DNA of 15,093 nucleotides from Candidatus Fermentibacteraceae bacterium. Lineage in GTDB: Bacteria > Fermentibacterota > Fermentibacteria > Fermentibacterales > JCC-6. This document shows positions 1-7,694 of the stretch, in pieces; positions within the stretch are counted from its first letter, which is position 1, and every line of letters starts with the position of its first letter. Location: assembly GCA_041686025.1 (NCBI GenBank), contig JAWLEP010000057.1:1-15093 (forward strand), in the 5' to 3' direction. Under the pieces are notes generated by a model. The model worked only from the letters and a program-made list of their open reading frames with translations, did not search any database and was not told the DNA's origin. A program made the position numbers and the translations under genes.

Positions 1-261
1 CACCTCCACCACCGTCCTTCCCCGGAAGGGGCTGCGGGTGTACCAGGACTCCACCGTCCCGGACAGGCCCGCCATGTGAATGCTGTCCAGCGTATGCACC
101 GTCTCCAGCGACTCCAGGCGCTCCCGGCCCCCCAGCGCGGAGACGTACCTCTCCACCGCCCCGTCGGCGGTGCCCACATCGGCCTGAGGCCTTTGCTCCC
201 CGCCGCATGAGATCAGAGCCGCGGCCAGAAGTACCGTCACCATTCCAGGCGCCTTTGCCAT
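1..261 (-). CDS. Putative lipoprotein, 5' part only (runs off the window start)
   Basis: Not in the ORF track. Manual translation from the ATG at 261 gives MAKAPGMVTVLLAAALISCGGEQRPQADVGTADGAVERYVSALGGRERLESLETVHTLDSIHMAGLSGTVESWYTRSPFRGRTVVEV, open to base 1. GGGAGG RBS upstream, hydrophobic signal with an LISC lipobox, GC3-rich codons. The 'Y..ALGG.E.L..L' segment recalls LolA-like/lipoprotein-sorting N-terminal domains (from memory). Confidence 0.75.
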   Translation of the reverse strand, partial: MAKAPGMVTVLLAAALISCGGEQRPQADVGTADGAVERYVSALGGRERLESLETVHTLDSIHMAGLSGTVESWYTRSPFRGRTVVEV

Positions 262-477
262 CACTGCCCTCCCGGTAGCTGTTTCGAGCCCATCTGCGAA
301 TGTGAAGCCAATACTATAGCCCCCCGCGGCGGCGCCTGGAGGCCGGGAAGTCGAAAGGCCCATTGCGCGCCGATGGCGTCCGGCGTCACTTGCCGGAAGA
401 GGAAGCTCCGTTCAGGCTGTTTCTCTGGCTCTCGACGCAGCTGTCTGCGATCGGGGCCCGTGAACGACGGCCTCTCC

Positions 478-1698
478 TCAGGGCCCGTTCCCGGAGGAGA
501 GCGCATAGAGGAACTCCTCGGCATGGACGTGTCTGATGCCCTTGTACGATCCACCGGCGCCCTCATCCATTGAGACTACATACTTGTCGTAGTTGTCCCG
601 TATCCTGAGGAGGTTTCCAAATTCCCTGTCCCTTACCTTCCCGTCGGGTATCAGGTACGCCACCTGGACGTACATCCTCTCTCCGCGGCGGTGGCACACG
701 AAGTCTATCTCGAGGTCATCCAGCCTTCCCACGTGCACTTCGTATCCGGCCATCTGGAGGTGCATGAAAACGGCGTTCTCAAGGAGCTTGTTCACATCCG
801 TCATTCTGAAACCGACCAGGCAGTTGCGGATTCCAAGATCCCCGTAATAGTACTTCTCTCCCACCTCGAAGATCTTCCGGCCCCGTACGCTCTCTCTGGG
901 TACCGCATAGACGAGGAAAGCGTTGCAGATGTGGGAGAGGTAGTTCAGAACAACCGTATGGCCGACTTCTGTATTCTGTGATTTCAGGTAGTTGCTGATG
1001 CTTCGGGCGGAGACAATGCTTCCGATGTTGTCTGCCAGGAACAGTGACAGCCGCTTCAGAAAGTCGATCCGTCGGATGCCGTAGCGCCGAACCACGTCCT
1101 TCAGCAGTATCGCATCGACCACGTTCCTGAGGTAGCCGAAGACGACCTCTTCCTGCAGCTCCAGGTTCCGCAGGTAGGGCATGCCTCCGAATCGGAGATA
1201 GGCCGACAACGCATTCCGGGATCGTTCCATCCCATGGAAGCGCAGGAACTCCTCGTATCCCAGGCCGTAGACCTTGATCTCTACGTAGCGGCCGGAGAGC
1301 TTGGTGGACAGCTCGCCGGACAGCAGACCGGAGTTGCTGCCTGTGCAGATGACCTCGGTGTTGCCGCGGGCCTCGAGATCCCTCAGCGCGTACTCGAAAT
1401 CATCTATGTCCTGGACCTCATCCAGGATAACCACAGGACTGGCGGCTGGATTCCGGCTGGCTTCGATATGGTCGAGAAGGTCCTTACAGGTGCGTATACG
1501 GTCGAACTCGTACAGATCCTTGTTTACATATATGATCTGTGCTTCAGGGCGGACCCTCTCTATCTCGTCAATCAGGCCGTACAGCAGGTAGCTCTTGCCC
1601 ACCCTCCGCTGTCCTGACAGAACCTTGATCACCCTCTCACCCAGATAGGGCCTGATCCTGTTGACGTACAGAGGGCGTTCGACGAAATCGCGTTTCAT
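478..1698 (-). CDS. ATP-binding protein, AAA_14 ATPase with DUF4143 (C-terminal PD-(D/E)XK-like domain)
   Basis: 406 aa. Walker A GQRRVGKS, Walker B VVILDEVQ, plus TGSNS, LSGR, GGMP, KYYYGDLG, LLEN and EIDFV..YVQV motifs typical of this family. GGAAGGGA RBS upstream of the ATG. Confidence 0.92.
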   Translation of the reverse strand: MKRDFVERPLYVNRIRPYLGERVIKVLSGQRRVGKSYLLYGLIDEIERVRPEAQIIYVNKDLYEFDRIRTCKDLLDHIEASRNPAASPVVILDEVQDIDDFEYALRDLEARGNTEVICTGSNSGLLSGELSTKLSGRYVEIKVYGLGYEEFLRFHGMERSRNALSAYLRFGGMPYLRNLELQEEVVFGYLRNVVDAILLKDVVRRYGIRRIDFLKRLSLFLADNIGSIVSARSISNYLKSQNTEVGHTVVLNYLSHICNAFLVYAVPRESVRGRKIFEVGEKYYYGDLGIRNCLVGFRMTDVNKLLENAVFMHLQMAGYEVHVGRLDDLEIDFVCHRRGERMYVQVAYLIPDGKVRDREFGNLLRIRDNYDKYVVSMDEGAGGSYKGIRHVHAEEFLYALSSGNGP

Positions 1699-1726
1699 TC
1701 AGGCGAATCCCTTCCGCGCTCAGTAA

Positions 1727-1828
1727 TGTGGATATCATAAGATACATAATGATGCGGTCAAGTATATTTGGATATTACGATATCCAAAATAGATCAAATA
1801 TGCCGATATGGAGTCTACGGTATCCATG
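1727..1828. repeat. Three 22-bp imperfect palindromes at a 40-bp period (candidate operator array)
   Basis: 1727 TGTGGATAT-CATA-AGATACATA; 1767 TTTGGATAT-TACG-ATATCCAAA (perfect 9-bp inverted repeat); 1807 TATGGAGTC-TACG-GTATCCATG. Shared core TGGA-N10-T(C/A)CA. Confidence 0.65.
1734..1761 (-). promoter_or_regulatory. Sigma70-type promoter for the AAA ATPase gene
   Basis: Minus strand reads TTGACC (1761-1756), 16-nt spacer, TATGAT (1739-1734), about 35 nt upstream of the ATG. Confidence 0.6.
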
Positions 1829-1916
1829 ATATGCGAATCCTTGATGTCCCTCCGCCCCCCTGGGGATATATTGATCTGGACACGCATGAATCTCTCACTA
1901 GGCGGAAGGAGACGTT

Positions 1917-2813
1917 TTGGGCTGGCTTGCGAATTCGGTGAACGCGGAGCAGCTGCTCACGCAGCTGGTGGAGTTCCTGCCCAAGATGCTGGTGGCGGTG
2001 CTGATACTCCTGGCGTTCTGGCTGCTGTACAGGGCCACCAGGGGGTCCCTGAGGTCGCTGATGGCGCGTTCGGACATGGACAGCATCCTCATCGGCCTGC
2101 TCGTGGACAAGGTCTACAAGGTCGTTCTGCTGGCCTTCGCCCTGGTGATGGGTGCCAGCCAGATCGGCATAAACGTGGGCGCCGCCCTGGCCGGCCTGGG
2201 GGTGGCCGGAGTGGCCCTGGGCTTCGCGGCCAAAGACATCCTCGCCAACGTGATAGCCGGCTTCACAATCTTCATGGACCAGCCGTTCGTATCCGGGGAC
2301 TACATCCACGTCTCCGGGGAGTACGGGCGGGTGGAGGAGGTTACGCTGCGCTCCACCAGGATAAGGACCAGGCAGAACACCTACGTGGTCCTGCCCAACA
2401 GCAGGGTGGTGAACGAGGTACTGGTGAACGACTCCAGGAAGGGGCACATGAGGATCGACGTCCCGGTGGGCATCGCCTACAAGGAGGACATCGCCAGAGC
2501 CAGGGAGGTGCTGCTGGAGGCCATGGACCAGGTGGAGGGCCTGCTGGACGCTCCCGGCCCCGATGTCGTAGTGGACGAGCTGGGGGATTCCAGCGTGAAT
2601 CTGCTGGCGCGGGCCTGGCTGGCGGATGCGGAGGATGCCGTACCCTCCCGCTGCCGGATAGTGGAGGCCTGCAAGCTGGCCCTGGACGGGGCGGGGATAG
2701 AGATACCCTTCCCGCACCTGCAGCTGTTCATGGATACCGTGGAGGACCGGGTGGTGCAGCAGGTGGCCAGGATTCCCAGGCTGGCGTCGGAGGCGGGGAG
2801 TACCGGCGCCTAG
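1917..2813 (+). CDS. mscS: Small-conductance mechanosensitive channel (MscS family)
   Basis: 298 aa, TTG start after an AAGGAG RBS. Three hydrophobic helices, TM3 'AALAGLGVAGVALGFAAKDILANVIAG', and 'PFVSGDYI', 'G.VEEVTLRSTRIRT', 'GIEIPFP'. Confidence 0.93.
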   Translation: MGWLANSVNAEQLLTQLVEFLPKMLVAVLILLAFWLLYRATRGSLRSLMARSDMDSILIGLLVDKVYKVVLLAFALVMGASQIGINVGAALAGLGVAGVALGFAAKDILANVIAGFTIFMDQPFVSGDYIHVSGEYGRVEEVTLRSTRIRTRQNTYVVLPNSRVVNEVLVNDSRKGHMRIDVPVGIAYKEDIARAREVLLEAMDQVEGLLDAPGPDVVVDELGDSSVNLLARAWLADAEDAVPSRCRIVEACKLALDGAGIEIPFPHLQLFMDTVEDRVVQQVARIPRLASEAGSTGA

Positions 2814-2826
2814 GGGCTGCGGAGGC

Positions 2827-3573
2827 TCAGGGGAGCCGGTCCAGCTCTCGGTCCTTCAGGCCGAAGAACCGTCCGAAGGCCGCCCGTTCCTGCAGCAGTA
2901 TGCGGGCGGCCTTCTCCACCACCTCCACCGCGTCGCAGGCTGAGTCCACGTCGGCCCCGAAGCCCAGTATTCCGTGCTTGCGCCAGACCACGCAGTCGGC
3001 GCTGCCGAACAGCTCCGCGGTGGCAGCCCCCAGCTCCCAGGAGCCCGGGGCCATCATCTCCAGCAGCTTCACCCCCCGGGGCATCAGTATGCTGATCTCC
3101 GGGTGGGCCCTGCCGATGGCGTCCTCCAGCAGCTCGGCGGGGAGGTCGGAGGAGGAGAGGGCCAGCATGGACGTGGAGTGGGTGTGCACCAGGGCGGTGG
3201 ACTCCAGCTTCCTGTCGGGGGCCAGCTCGTGCACCAGCAGATGGGTCCCCAGCTCGCTGGTGGGGGGCGGGGTGCCGTCGGGCCTCTCCATGCGCTCCCC
3301 GTCCATGGATATCCTTACCGGTACGATGCTCCTGTCCAGGTCCCGACTGGCGTTGCGGAAGCGGCTTCCCGAGACGGTTACCAGCAGCGACCTTCCCGCC
3401 AGGCCCGGAACCGGCCGGGGCAGGGCTTCGGACAGTGTCCGGCCGTCCACGGCCTCCAGAGCGGGGGGCAGGAGGATGGAGATGTTCCCGGCGTTGGCCT
3501 CTGCCCAGCCCATGGACGCCAGGTGGGTGGCGGTCCGGGCTATGTCCTCGCGGTAGCCGTCTGCCTCTCTCAT
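2827..3573 (-). CDS. Class II aldolase/adducin family protein, rhamnulose-1-phosphate aldolase (RhaD)-like
   Basis: 248 aa. GWAEANAGNIS, VSGSRFR, PTSELGTH (catalytic Glu), HTH and WRKHG (Zn-binding His) match RhaD-type motifs. GAGAGG RBS. Substrate uncertain. Confidence 0.82.
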   Translation of the reverse strand: MREADGYREDIARTATHLASMGWAEANAGNISILLPPALEAVDGRTLSEALPRPVPGLAGRSLLVTVSGSRFRNASRDLDRSIVPVRISMDGERMERPDGTPPPTSELGTHLLVHELAPDRKLESTALVHTHSTSMLALSSSDLPAELLEDAIGRAHPEISILMPRGVKLLEMMAPGSWELGAATAELFGSADCVVWRKHGILGFGADVDSACDAVEVVEKAARILLQERAAFGRFFGLKDRELDRLP

Positions 3574-3600
3574 GGATGCCTCTCTGCGGTGAGAACGCCG

Positions 3601-3640
3601 AAGCGGCCCGGGACCCCGGCAGGGGCCCCGGACCCGGCTT
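3601..3640. other. Imperfect GC-rich stem-loop between lat and the aldolase gene
   Basis: AAGCGGCCCGGGACCCC-GGCA-GGGGCCCCGGACCCGGCTT forms an imperfect inverted repeat. There is no U-tract, so it looks more like a stabilising or processing hairpin than an intrinsic terminator. Confidence 0.4.
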
Positions 3641-3655
3641 CCGGGGATCGATCCG

Positions 3656-4975
3656 CTAGTCGAAGAGCTTGCCCATGGCCCGGTCCAGCATCTCCAGGCC
3701 CCGGTCGATCTCCTGCTCGGTTATGTTCAGAGGCGGCCGGAAGCGGACGCTCTGGTCGCCGCAGGGCAGTACGATGGCGCCCTCCTCCATCACCTGCGAG
3801 ACCACGGCGTCCCTGGTCTCGCCGTCGGGAAGGCTGAAGGCCACCATCAGGCCCCTTCCGCGGACGCTGAAGACCTGGTCGTACCTCTTCGCCAGATCGT
3901 GCAGGCCGGCCAGAAGCTGCCCGCCCCGGGCCCGGACGTTCTCCAGGATGTTCTCCTCCCGCATGATCTCCAGGTAGCGGGTGCAGCGGACCATGTCGGT
4001 GAGGTTTCCGCCCCAGGTGGAGTTGAGCCTGCTGGACTCCGAGAAGACGTTGTTCTCCGCTTCCTCCACCCGGCGGCTGCAGGCGATGCCGCAGGTCTGG
4101 GTCTTCTTGCCGAAGCAGAATATGTCCGGCTCCACGCCCAGGCTCTGCCAGGCCCACCACTCGCCGGTGAGGCCCAGGCCGCTCTGCACCTCGTCGTAGA
4201 TGAGCATGAACTCGTGGTCGTCGGCCCGCTTCCGGAGCTCGGCCAGGAACTCGGGGCGGAAGTGGTTGTCGCCGCCCTCGCCCTGGATGGGCTCTATGAT
4301 CAGGCAGGCGATATCGTGCCCGTACTGCTCGATGACTACGTCGATCTGCTTCAGGGACCGCTTCTCGGCCTCCTTCACCCTCTCCAGATCGTCCTCCAGG
4401 GGGAAGTGGATGTCGGGGGTGCTCACCCGCGGCCAGTCGAACTTGGGGAAGTACATGTGCTTCCGCGGGTCGGAGGTGTTCGTAAGCGAGAGGGTGTAGC
4501 CGGTGCGGCCGTGGAAGGCTGCCTCGAAGTGGATCACCTTCGACCCCTTGGGGGCCCGGCCGGCGGCCATGTTCTTGCGCACCTTCCAGTCGAACGCCGT
4601 CTTCAGGGCGTTCTCCACAGCCAGAGCGCCCCCGCTGACGAAGAACAGGTGGGGATGGGTGTCGGGGATCACCGTCTTCGCGAACTCGTCCACGAACACC
4701 GCCAGCTCCTCGGTGTAGAAGTCGGAGTTGGAGGGCTTGTTGGCCGCCACCTCCGCCAGGTGCCGCATGAACTCATCCTCGGTGATGCGGGGATGGTTCA
4801 TGCCCAGGGGCGCGGAGGCGAAGAAGCTGAACAGGTCCAGGTACTCCCTGCCGGTGAGGGCGTCGTGTATAGTGGAGCCCCGGCTCTTCCTCAGATCGAG
4901 CACAATATCGAATCCGTCAGCCAGCATGTGGCTGGCTATGGTTTTGTGTACGTTCTCGGGCTTGATGTGCCTCAT
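3656..4975 (-). CDS. lat: L-lysine 6-transaminase (lysine epsilon-aminotransferase, class III PLP enzyme)
   Basis: Start moved to the ATG at 4975 (MRHIKPENVH..., AAAGGA RBS), giving 439 aa. Lat-typical motifs: YLDLFSFFAS, NKPSNSDFYT, GGALAVENALKTAFDWK, AFHGRTGYTLSLTNT, EPIQGEGGD, DEVQSG, FGKKTQ (PLP Lys), STWGG. Confidence 0.92.
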   Translation of the reverse strand: MRHIKPENVHKTIASHMLADGFDIVLDLRKSRGSTIHDALTGREYLDLFSFFASAPLGMNHPRITEDEFMRHLAEVAANKPSNSDFYTEELAVFVDEFAKTVIPDTHPHLFFVSGGALAVENALKTAFDWKVRKNMAAGRAPKGSKVIHFEAAFHGRTGYTLSLTNTSDPRKHMYFPKFDWPRVSTPDIHFPLEDDLERVKEAEKRSLKQIDVVIEQYGHDIACLIIEPIQGEGGDNHFRPEFLAELRKRADDHEFMLIYDEVQSGLGLTGEWWAWQSLGVEPDIFCFGKKTQTCGIACSRRVEEAENNVFSESSRLNSTWGGNLTDMVRCTRYLEIMREENILENVRARGGQLLAGLHDLAKRYDQVFSVRGRGLMVAFSLPDGETRDAVVSQVMEEGAIVLPCGDQSVRFRPPLNITEQEIDRGLEMLDRAMGKLFD

Positions 4976-5118
4976 GATGACCGTCCTTTGCTCGAGCCCT
5001 GACCCGGAAGAAGAGCTTCCCTGGTCGCCGATGATGACTGAGTGCGGTGAAGCCTCCGGCAGCAGCCGGGGAAGGGAAACCCGGCGGTCTGGGCCGCCGG
5101 GTACGTCCTCAATGAGAA

Positions 5119-5146
5119 ATCCTAATTCAGAAGAGTCCGATGTCAA
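5119..5146 (-). promoter_or_regulatory. Sigma70-type promoter for lat
   Basis: Minus strand reads TTGACA (5146-5141), 16-nt spacer, TAGGAT (5124-5119). Confidence 0.65.
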
Positions 5147-5167
5147 CTCCGGAGAGTTCGGGGTTCC

Positions 5168-5197
5168 TTGCCCGTATCGGCCGGTCAGGCGTATATT
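5168..5197 (+). promoter_or_regulatory. Candidate divergent sigma70-type promoter for the ptb-rib operon
   Basis: TTGCCC (5168-5173), 18-nt spacer, TATATT (5192-5197), about 60 nt upstream of the ptb ATG and back-to-back with the lat promoter. Confidence 0.45.
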
Positions 5198-5257
5198 TCG
5201 GGCCGACCGATTCCGTCAGCCGAGGGCTGATAAGGCACCAAACCCACCGGAGGAGCA

Positions 5258-6175
5258 ATGGAACCGATCCGCAGCCTTGAGGAGATGAAGGAACTCGCCA
5301 GGCAGCTGCCTTCCAGCAGGGTCTCGGTGGTGAAGGCCGACGAGGTGGAGACGCTTTCCGCCATAGGAGAGGCCACGGCCGACAACATGGTGGAAGCCGT
5401 GCTGGTGGGGCCCACCGACGAGATACGCCGCTGCGCCGACGAGGCGGAGGTGGACATCTCCGGCATGGAGATAGTGGAGGCGGCCTCCGAGAAGGAGGCG
5501 GCGATGAAGGGTGCCCAGCTGGTGCGTGACGGTCATGCCGACATCCTGATGAAGGGTCTGGTGGCCTCCAGCACCTACCTCAAGGGGGTCCTGGACAAGG
5601 AGCATGGAATAAGGGGCAAGGGTCTGCTGAGCCACGTAGCCGTCTTCGACGTTCCCGGTTACGACAAGCTCCTCACCATCACCGACGCCGCCATGAACAT
5701 CGCTCCCGACTTCGACCAGAAGGTGGAGATACTGAAGAACGCCCTGGAGGTGGTGCACGCCCTGGGCATACCCCGGCCCAAGACCACCTACGTGTGCGCC
5801 AAGGAGAAGGCCTACGAGAAGATGCCCTGCACCATGGAGGCCGCTCACATGCAGGAGCTGGCCGACAGGGGCGAGCTGGGCGAGCTGATCTACGACGGCC
5901 CGCTGGCCATGGACCTGGCGGTGAGTCCCGTGGCCAAGAGGATCAAGAAGGTGGAGAGCGAGGTGGCCGGAGACGCCGACCTGCTGCTGCTGCCCGACAT
6001 CGAGGCCGCAAACATCCTCTACAAGGCGCTTATATTCATGGCCGGCGGCGAGCTGGGAGCCGTCATCATGGGCGCCACCAATCCGGTGATACTCACCTCC
6101 CGGGCCGACTCGGCGGAGTCCAAGCTCTGCTCGCTCGTGCTGGCCGGAGTGATCTACGCCAGGGGAAAGGAGTAG
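5258..6175 (+). CDS. ptb: Phosphate butyryltransferase / phosphate acyltransferase (PTA_PTB family)
   Basis: 305 aa, GGAGGAG RBS. Motifs ADILMKG, LLSHVAVF, ITDAAMNIAP, DGPLAMDLAVS, AGDADLLLLPDIEAANILYK, PVILTSRADS. Acyl specificity is inferred. Confidence 0.88.
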   Translation: MEPIRSLEEMKELARQLPSSRVSVVKADEVETLSAIGEATADNMVEAVLVGPTDEIRRCADEAEVDISGMEIVEAASEKEAAMKGAQLVRDGHADILMKGLVASSTYLKGVLDKEHGIRGKGLLSHVAVFDVPGYDKLLTITDAAMNIAPDFDQKVEILKNALEVVHALGIPRPKTTYVCAKEKAYEKMPCTMEAAHMQELADRGELGELIYDGPLAMDLAVSPVAKRIKKVESEVAGDADLLLLPDIEAANILYKALIFMAGGELGAVIMGATNPVILTSRADSAESKLCSLVLAGVIYARGKE

Positions 6176-6176
6176 C

Positions 6177-6629
6177 GTGCGCCTGGCGGTGGCCTCCGAC
6201 CATGCGGGCTTCCCCCTGAAGCAGAGGGTGGTGGCCTGGCTGCGCGAGGCCGGCTGCGAGGTGGACGACCTGGGGCCGAAGAGCGCCGATTCCGTGGACT
6301 ACCCGGACTACGCCCACCGGCTCTGCGGCGACCTGGCGGCCGGAAAGGCGGAGAGGGGCGTGCTGATCTGCAACAGCGGCATAGGGATGAGCATAACGGC
6401 GAACCGCCATCCCGGCGTCCGGGCCGCCCTGTGCCTCTTCCCCCGGATGGCCTGGTACGCCAGGCACCACAACGACGCCAACGTCCTGGTGATGGGAGGA
6501 GGCATCACCGCCCCCTTCACCGCCCTGGAGACGCTGCAGACCTTCCTGGAGGAGGACTTCGACGGGGGAAGGCACCAGCGCCGGGTGGGCAAGATGGACC
6601 CGGAATGCGGGGGGGCTGACCGCCGGTGA
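6177..6629 (+). CDS. rpiB: Ribose-5-phosphate isomerase B
   Basis: 150 aa, GTG start after AAAGGAG. Motifs ASDHAG, SVDYPD, LICNSGIGMSITANR, ARHHNDANVL, FDGGRH.RRV. Confidence 0.95.
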   Translation: MRLAVASDHAGFPLKQRVVAWLREAGCEVDDLGPKSADSVDYPDYAHRLCGDLAAGKAERGVLICNSGIGMSITANRHPGVRAALCLFPRMAWYARHHNDANVLVMGGGITAPFTALETLQTFLEEDFDGGRHQRRVGKMDPECGGADRR

Positions 6630-7693
6630 TGCTGGACCTCATCTGCGGAGCGCGGCCCAACTTCATGAAGGTCGACCCCGTGATAAGGGGGCTGGACGGC
6701 AGCGTGGACACCCGCCTGGTGCACACCGGCCAGCACTACGACCATGCCATGTCGGCCAGCTTCTTCGCCCAGCTGGGGCTGCCGGAGCCCGACCTTAACC
6801 TGGAGGTGGGCTCGCATACGGTGACCGTCCAGACCGCCCGGGTGATGGAGCGCTACGAGGAGGTGCTGGACCCGGAGAGGACGGCGGCGGTGGTGGTGGT
6901 GGGGGACGTCAACTCCACCCTGGCCTGCGCCCTGGTGGCGGTGCGGTACGGGATTCCGGTGGTGCACGTGGAGGCCGGGCTGAGGAGCCGCGACCGGAGC
7001 ATGCCCGAGGAGATCAACCGGCTGCTCACCGACCAGATAGCCGACCTGCTGCTGATTACCAGCCCCGAGGCCCGGGACAACCTGCTGGCCGAGGGGAGGC
7101 CGGCGGATTCCATCGTCATGGTGGGCAACCCCATGATAGACACACTGCTGCGGCTGCTACCGGACGCCGAGGAGAAGGGTGATCCTCCCCCCGACGGACC
7201 CTACGGCATGGTTACCCTCCACAGGCCATCCAACGTGGACCATCCTCAGAGGCTGGCGGCCATCCTCCGGGCCCTGGGCAGGATAGAGGGGTACAGGCTG
7301 CTGCTGCCGGCCCATCCCCGCACCGAGAAGAGCATCGCCCGCTGGGGTCTGACCGACCAGCTCCCCGCCGCCCTGGAGGTCTGTCCCCCCATGGACTACC
7401 TGACCTTCCTCCGCCACCAGCGGCATGCGGGATTCGTAATCACAGACTCGGGGGGCATCCAGGAGGAGACCTCGGTGCTGGGCGTTCCCTGCGTGACGGT
7501 GAGGCCCAACACCGAGAGGCCGGTAACGGTGGAGATGGGCACCAACGTCCTCTGTCCGGACCCGGAGGGCATACCCGATGCCGTGGCCCGGCAGGTGGCG
7601 GCGGTGTCGGGCCCGGCGGAGATACCGATGTGGGACGGCCGGGCGGGAGCCAGGATAGCCGAGGAGATCAAGCGATTGCTGGGAGGCGAGTGA
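6626..7693 (+). CDS. wecB: UDP-N-acetylglucosamine 2-epimerase (non-hydrolysing)
   Basis: Motifs GARPNFMK, HTGQHYD, GDVNST, HVEAGLRS, MPEEINR, TLHRPSNVD, TDSGGIQEE, TERP. The start (GTG 6626 or ATG 6629) overlaps the rpiB stop. Confidence 0.93.
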   Translation: MMLDLICGARPNFMKVDPVIRGLDGSVDTRLVHTGQHYDHAMSASFFAQLGLPEPDLNLEVGSHTVTVQTARVMERYEEVLDPERTAAVVVVGDVNSTLACALVAVRYGIPVVHVEAGLRSRDRSMPEEINRLLTDQIADLLLITSPEARDNLLAEGRPADSIVMVGNPMIDTLLRLLPDAEEKGDPPPDGPYGMVTLHRPSNVDHPQRLAAILRALGRIEGYRLLLPAHPRTEKSIARWGLTDQLPAALEVCPPMDYLTFLRHQRHAGFVITDSGGIQEETSVLGVPCVTVRPNTERPVTVEMGTNVLCPDPEGIPDAVARQVAAVSGPAEIPMWDGRAGARIAEEIKRLLGGE

Positions 7694-7694
7694 T

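Noticed and set aside
1703..1840. GCGAATCC direct repeat (1703-1710 and 1833-1840) flanking the AT-rich block, as a possible target-site duplication
   Set aside because: A single 8-mer match in about 220 bp is plausible by chance. One copy overlaps the ATPase RBS region and there are no terminal inverted repeats.
1808..3556. 582-aa plus-strand ORF and other long alternative-frame or antisense ORFs (e.g. 7668-9104, 8930-10324, 10735-12216)
   Set aside because: These are shadow ORFs of well-supported genes in high-GC DNA, compositionally biased and without recognisable motifs.
4995..5026. CCGGAAGAAGAGC resembling the SRP RNA domain IV loop
   Set aside because: It does not match the conserved CAGG..CGGAAGGAAGCAGC pattern, and there is no long enclosing helix.
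4972..5112. 47-codon minus-strand uORF (TTG at 5112) whose TGA overlaps the lat ATG
   Set aside because: No RBS, only one Lys codon and no amino-acid run as expected of an attenuator peptide. Such frames arise by chance in GC-rich DNA.
4976..5146. N-terminal extension of lat in the ORF track (496 aa from the TTG at 5146)
   Set aside because: That TTG is the -35 box TTGACA. The extension is low-complexity, and the ATG at 4975 has an RBS and gives a typical Lat length.
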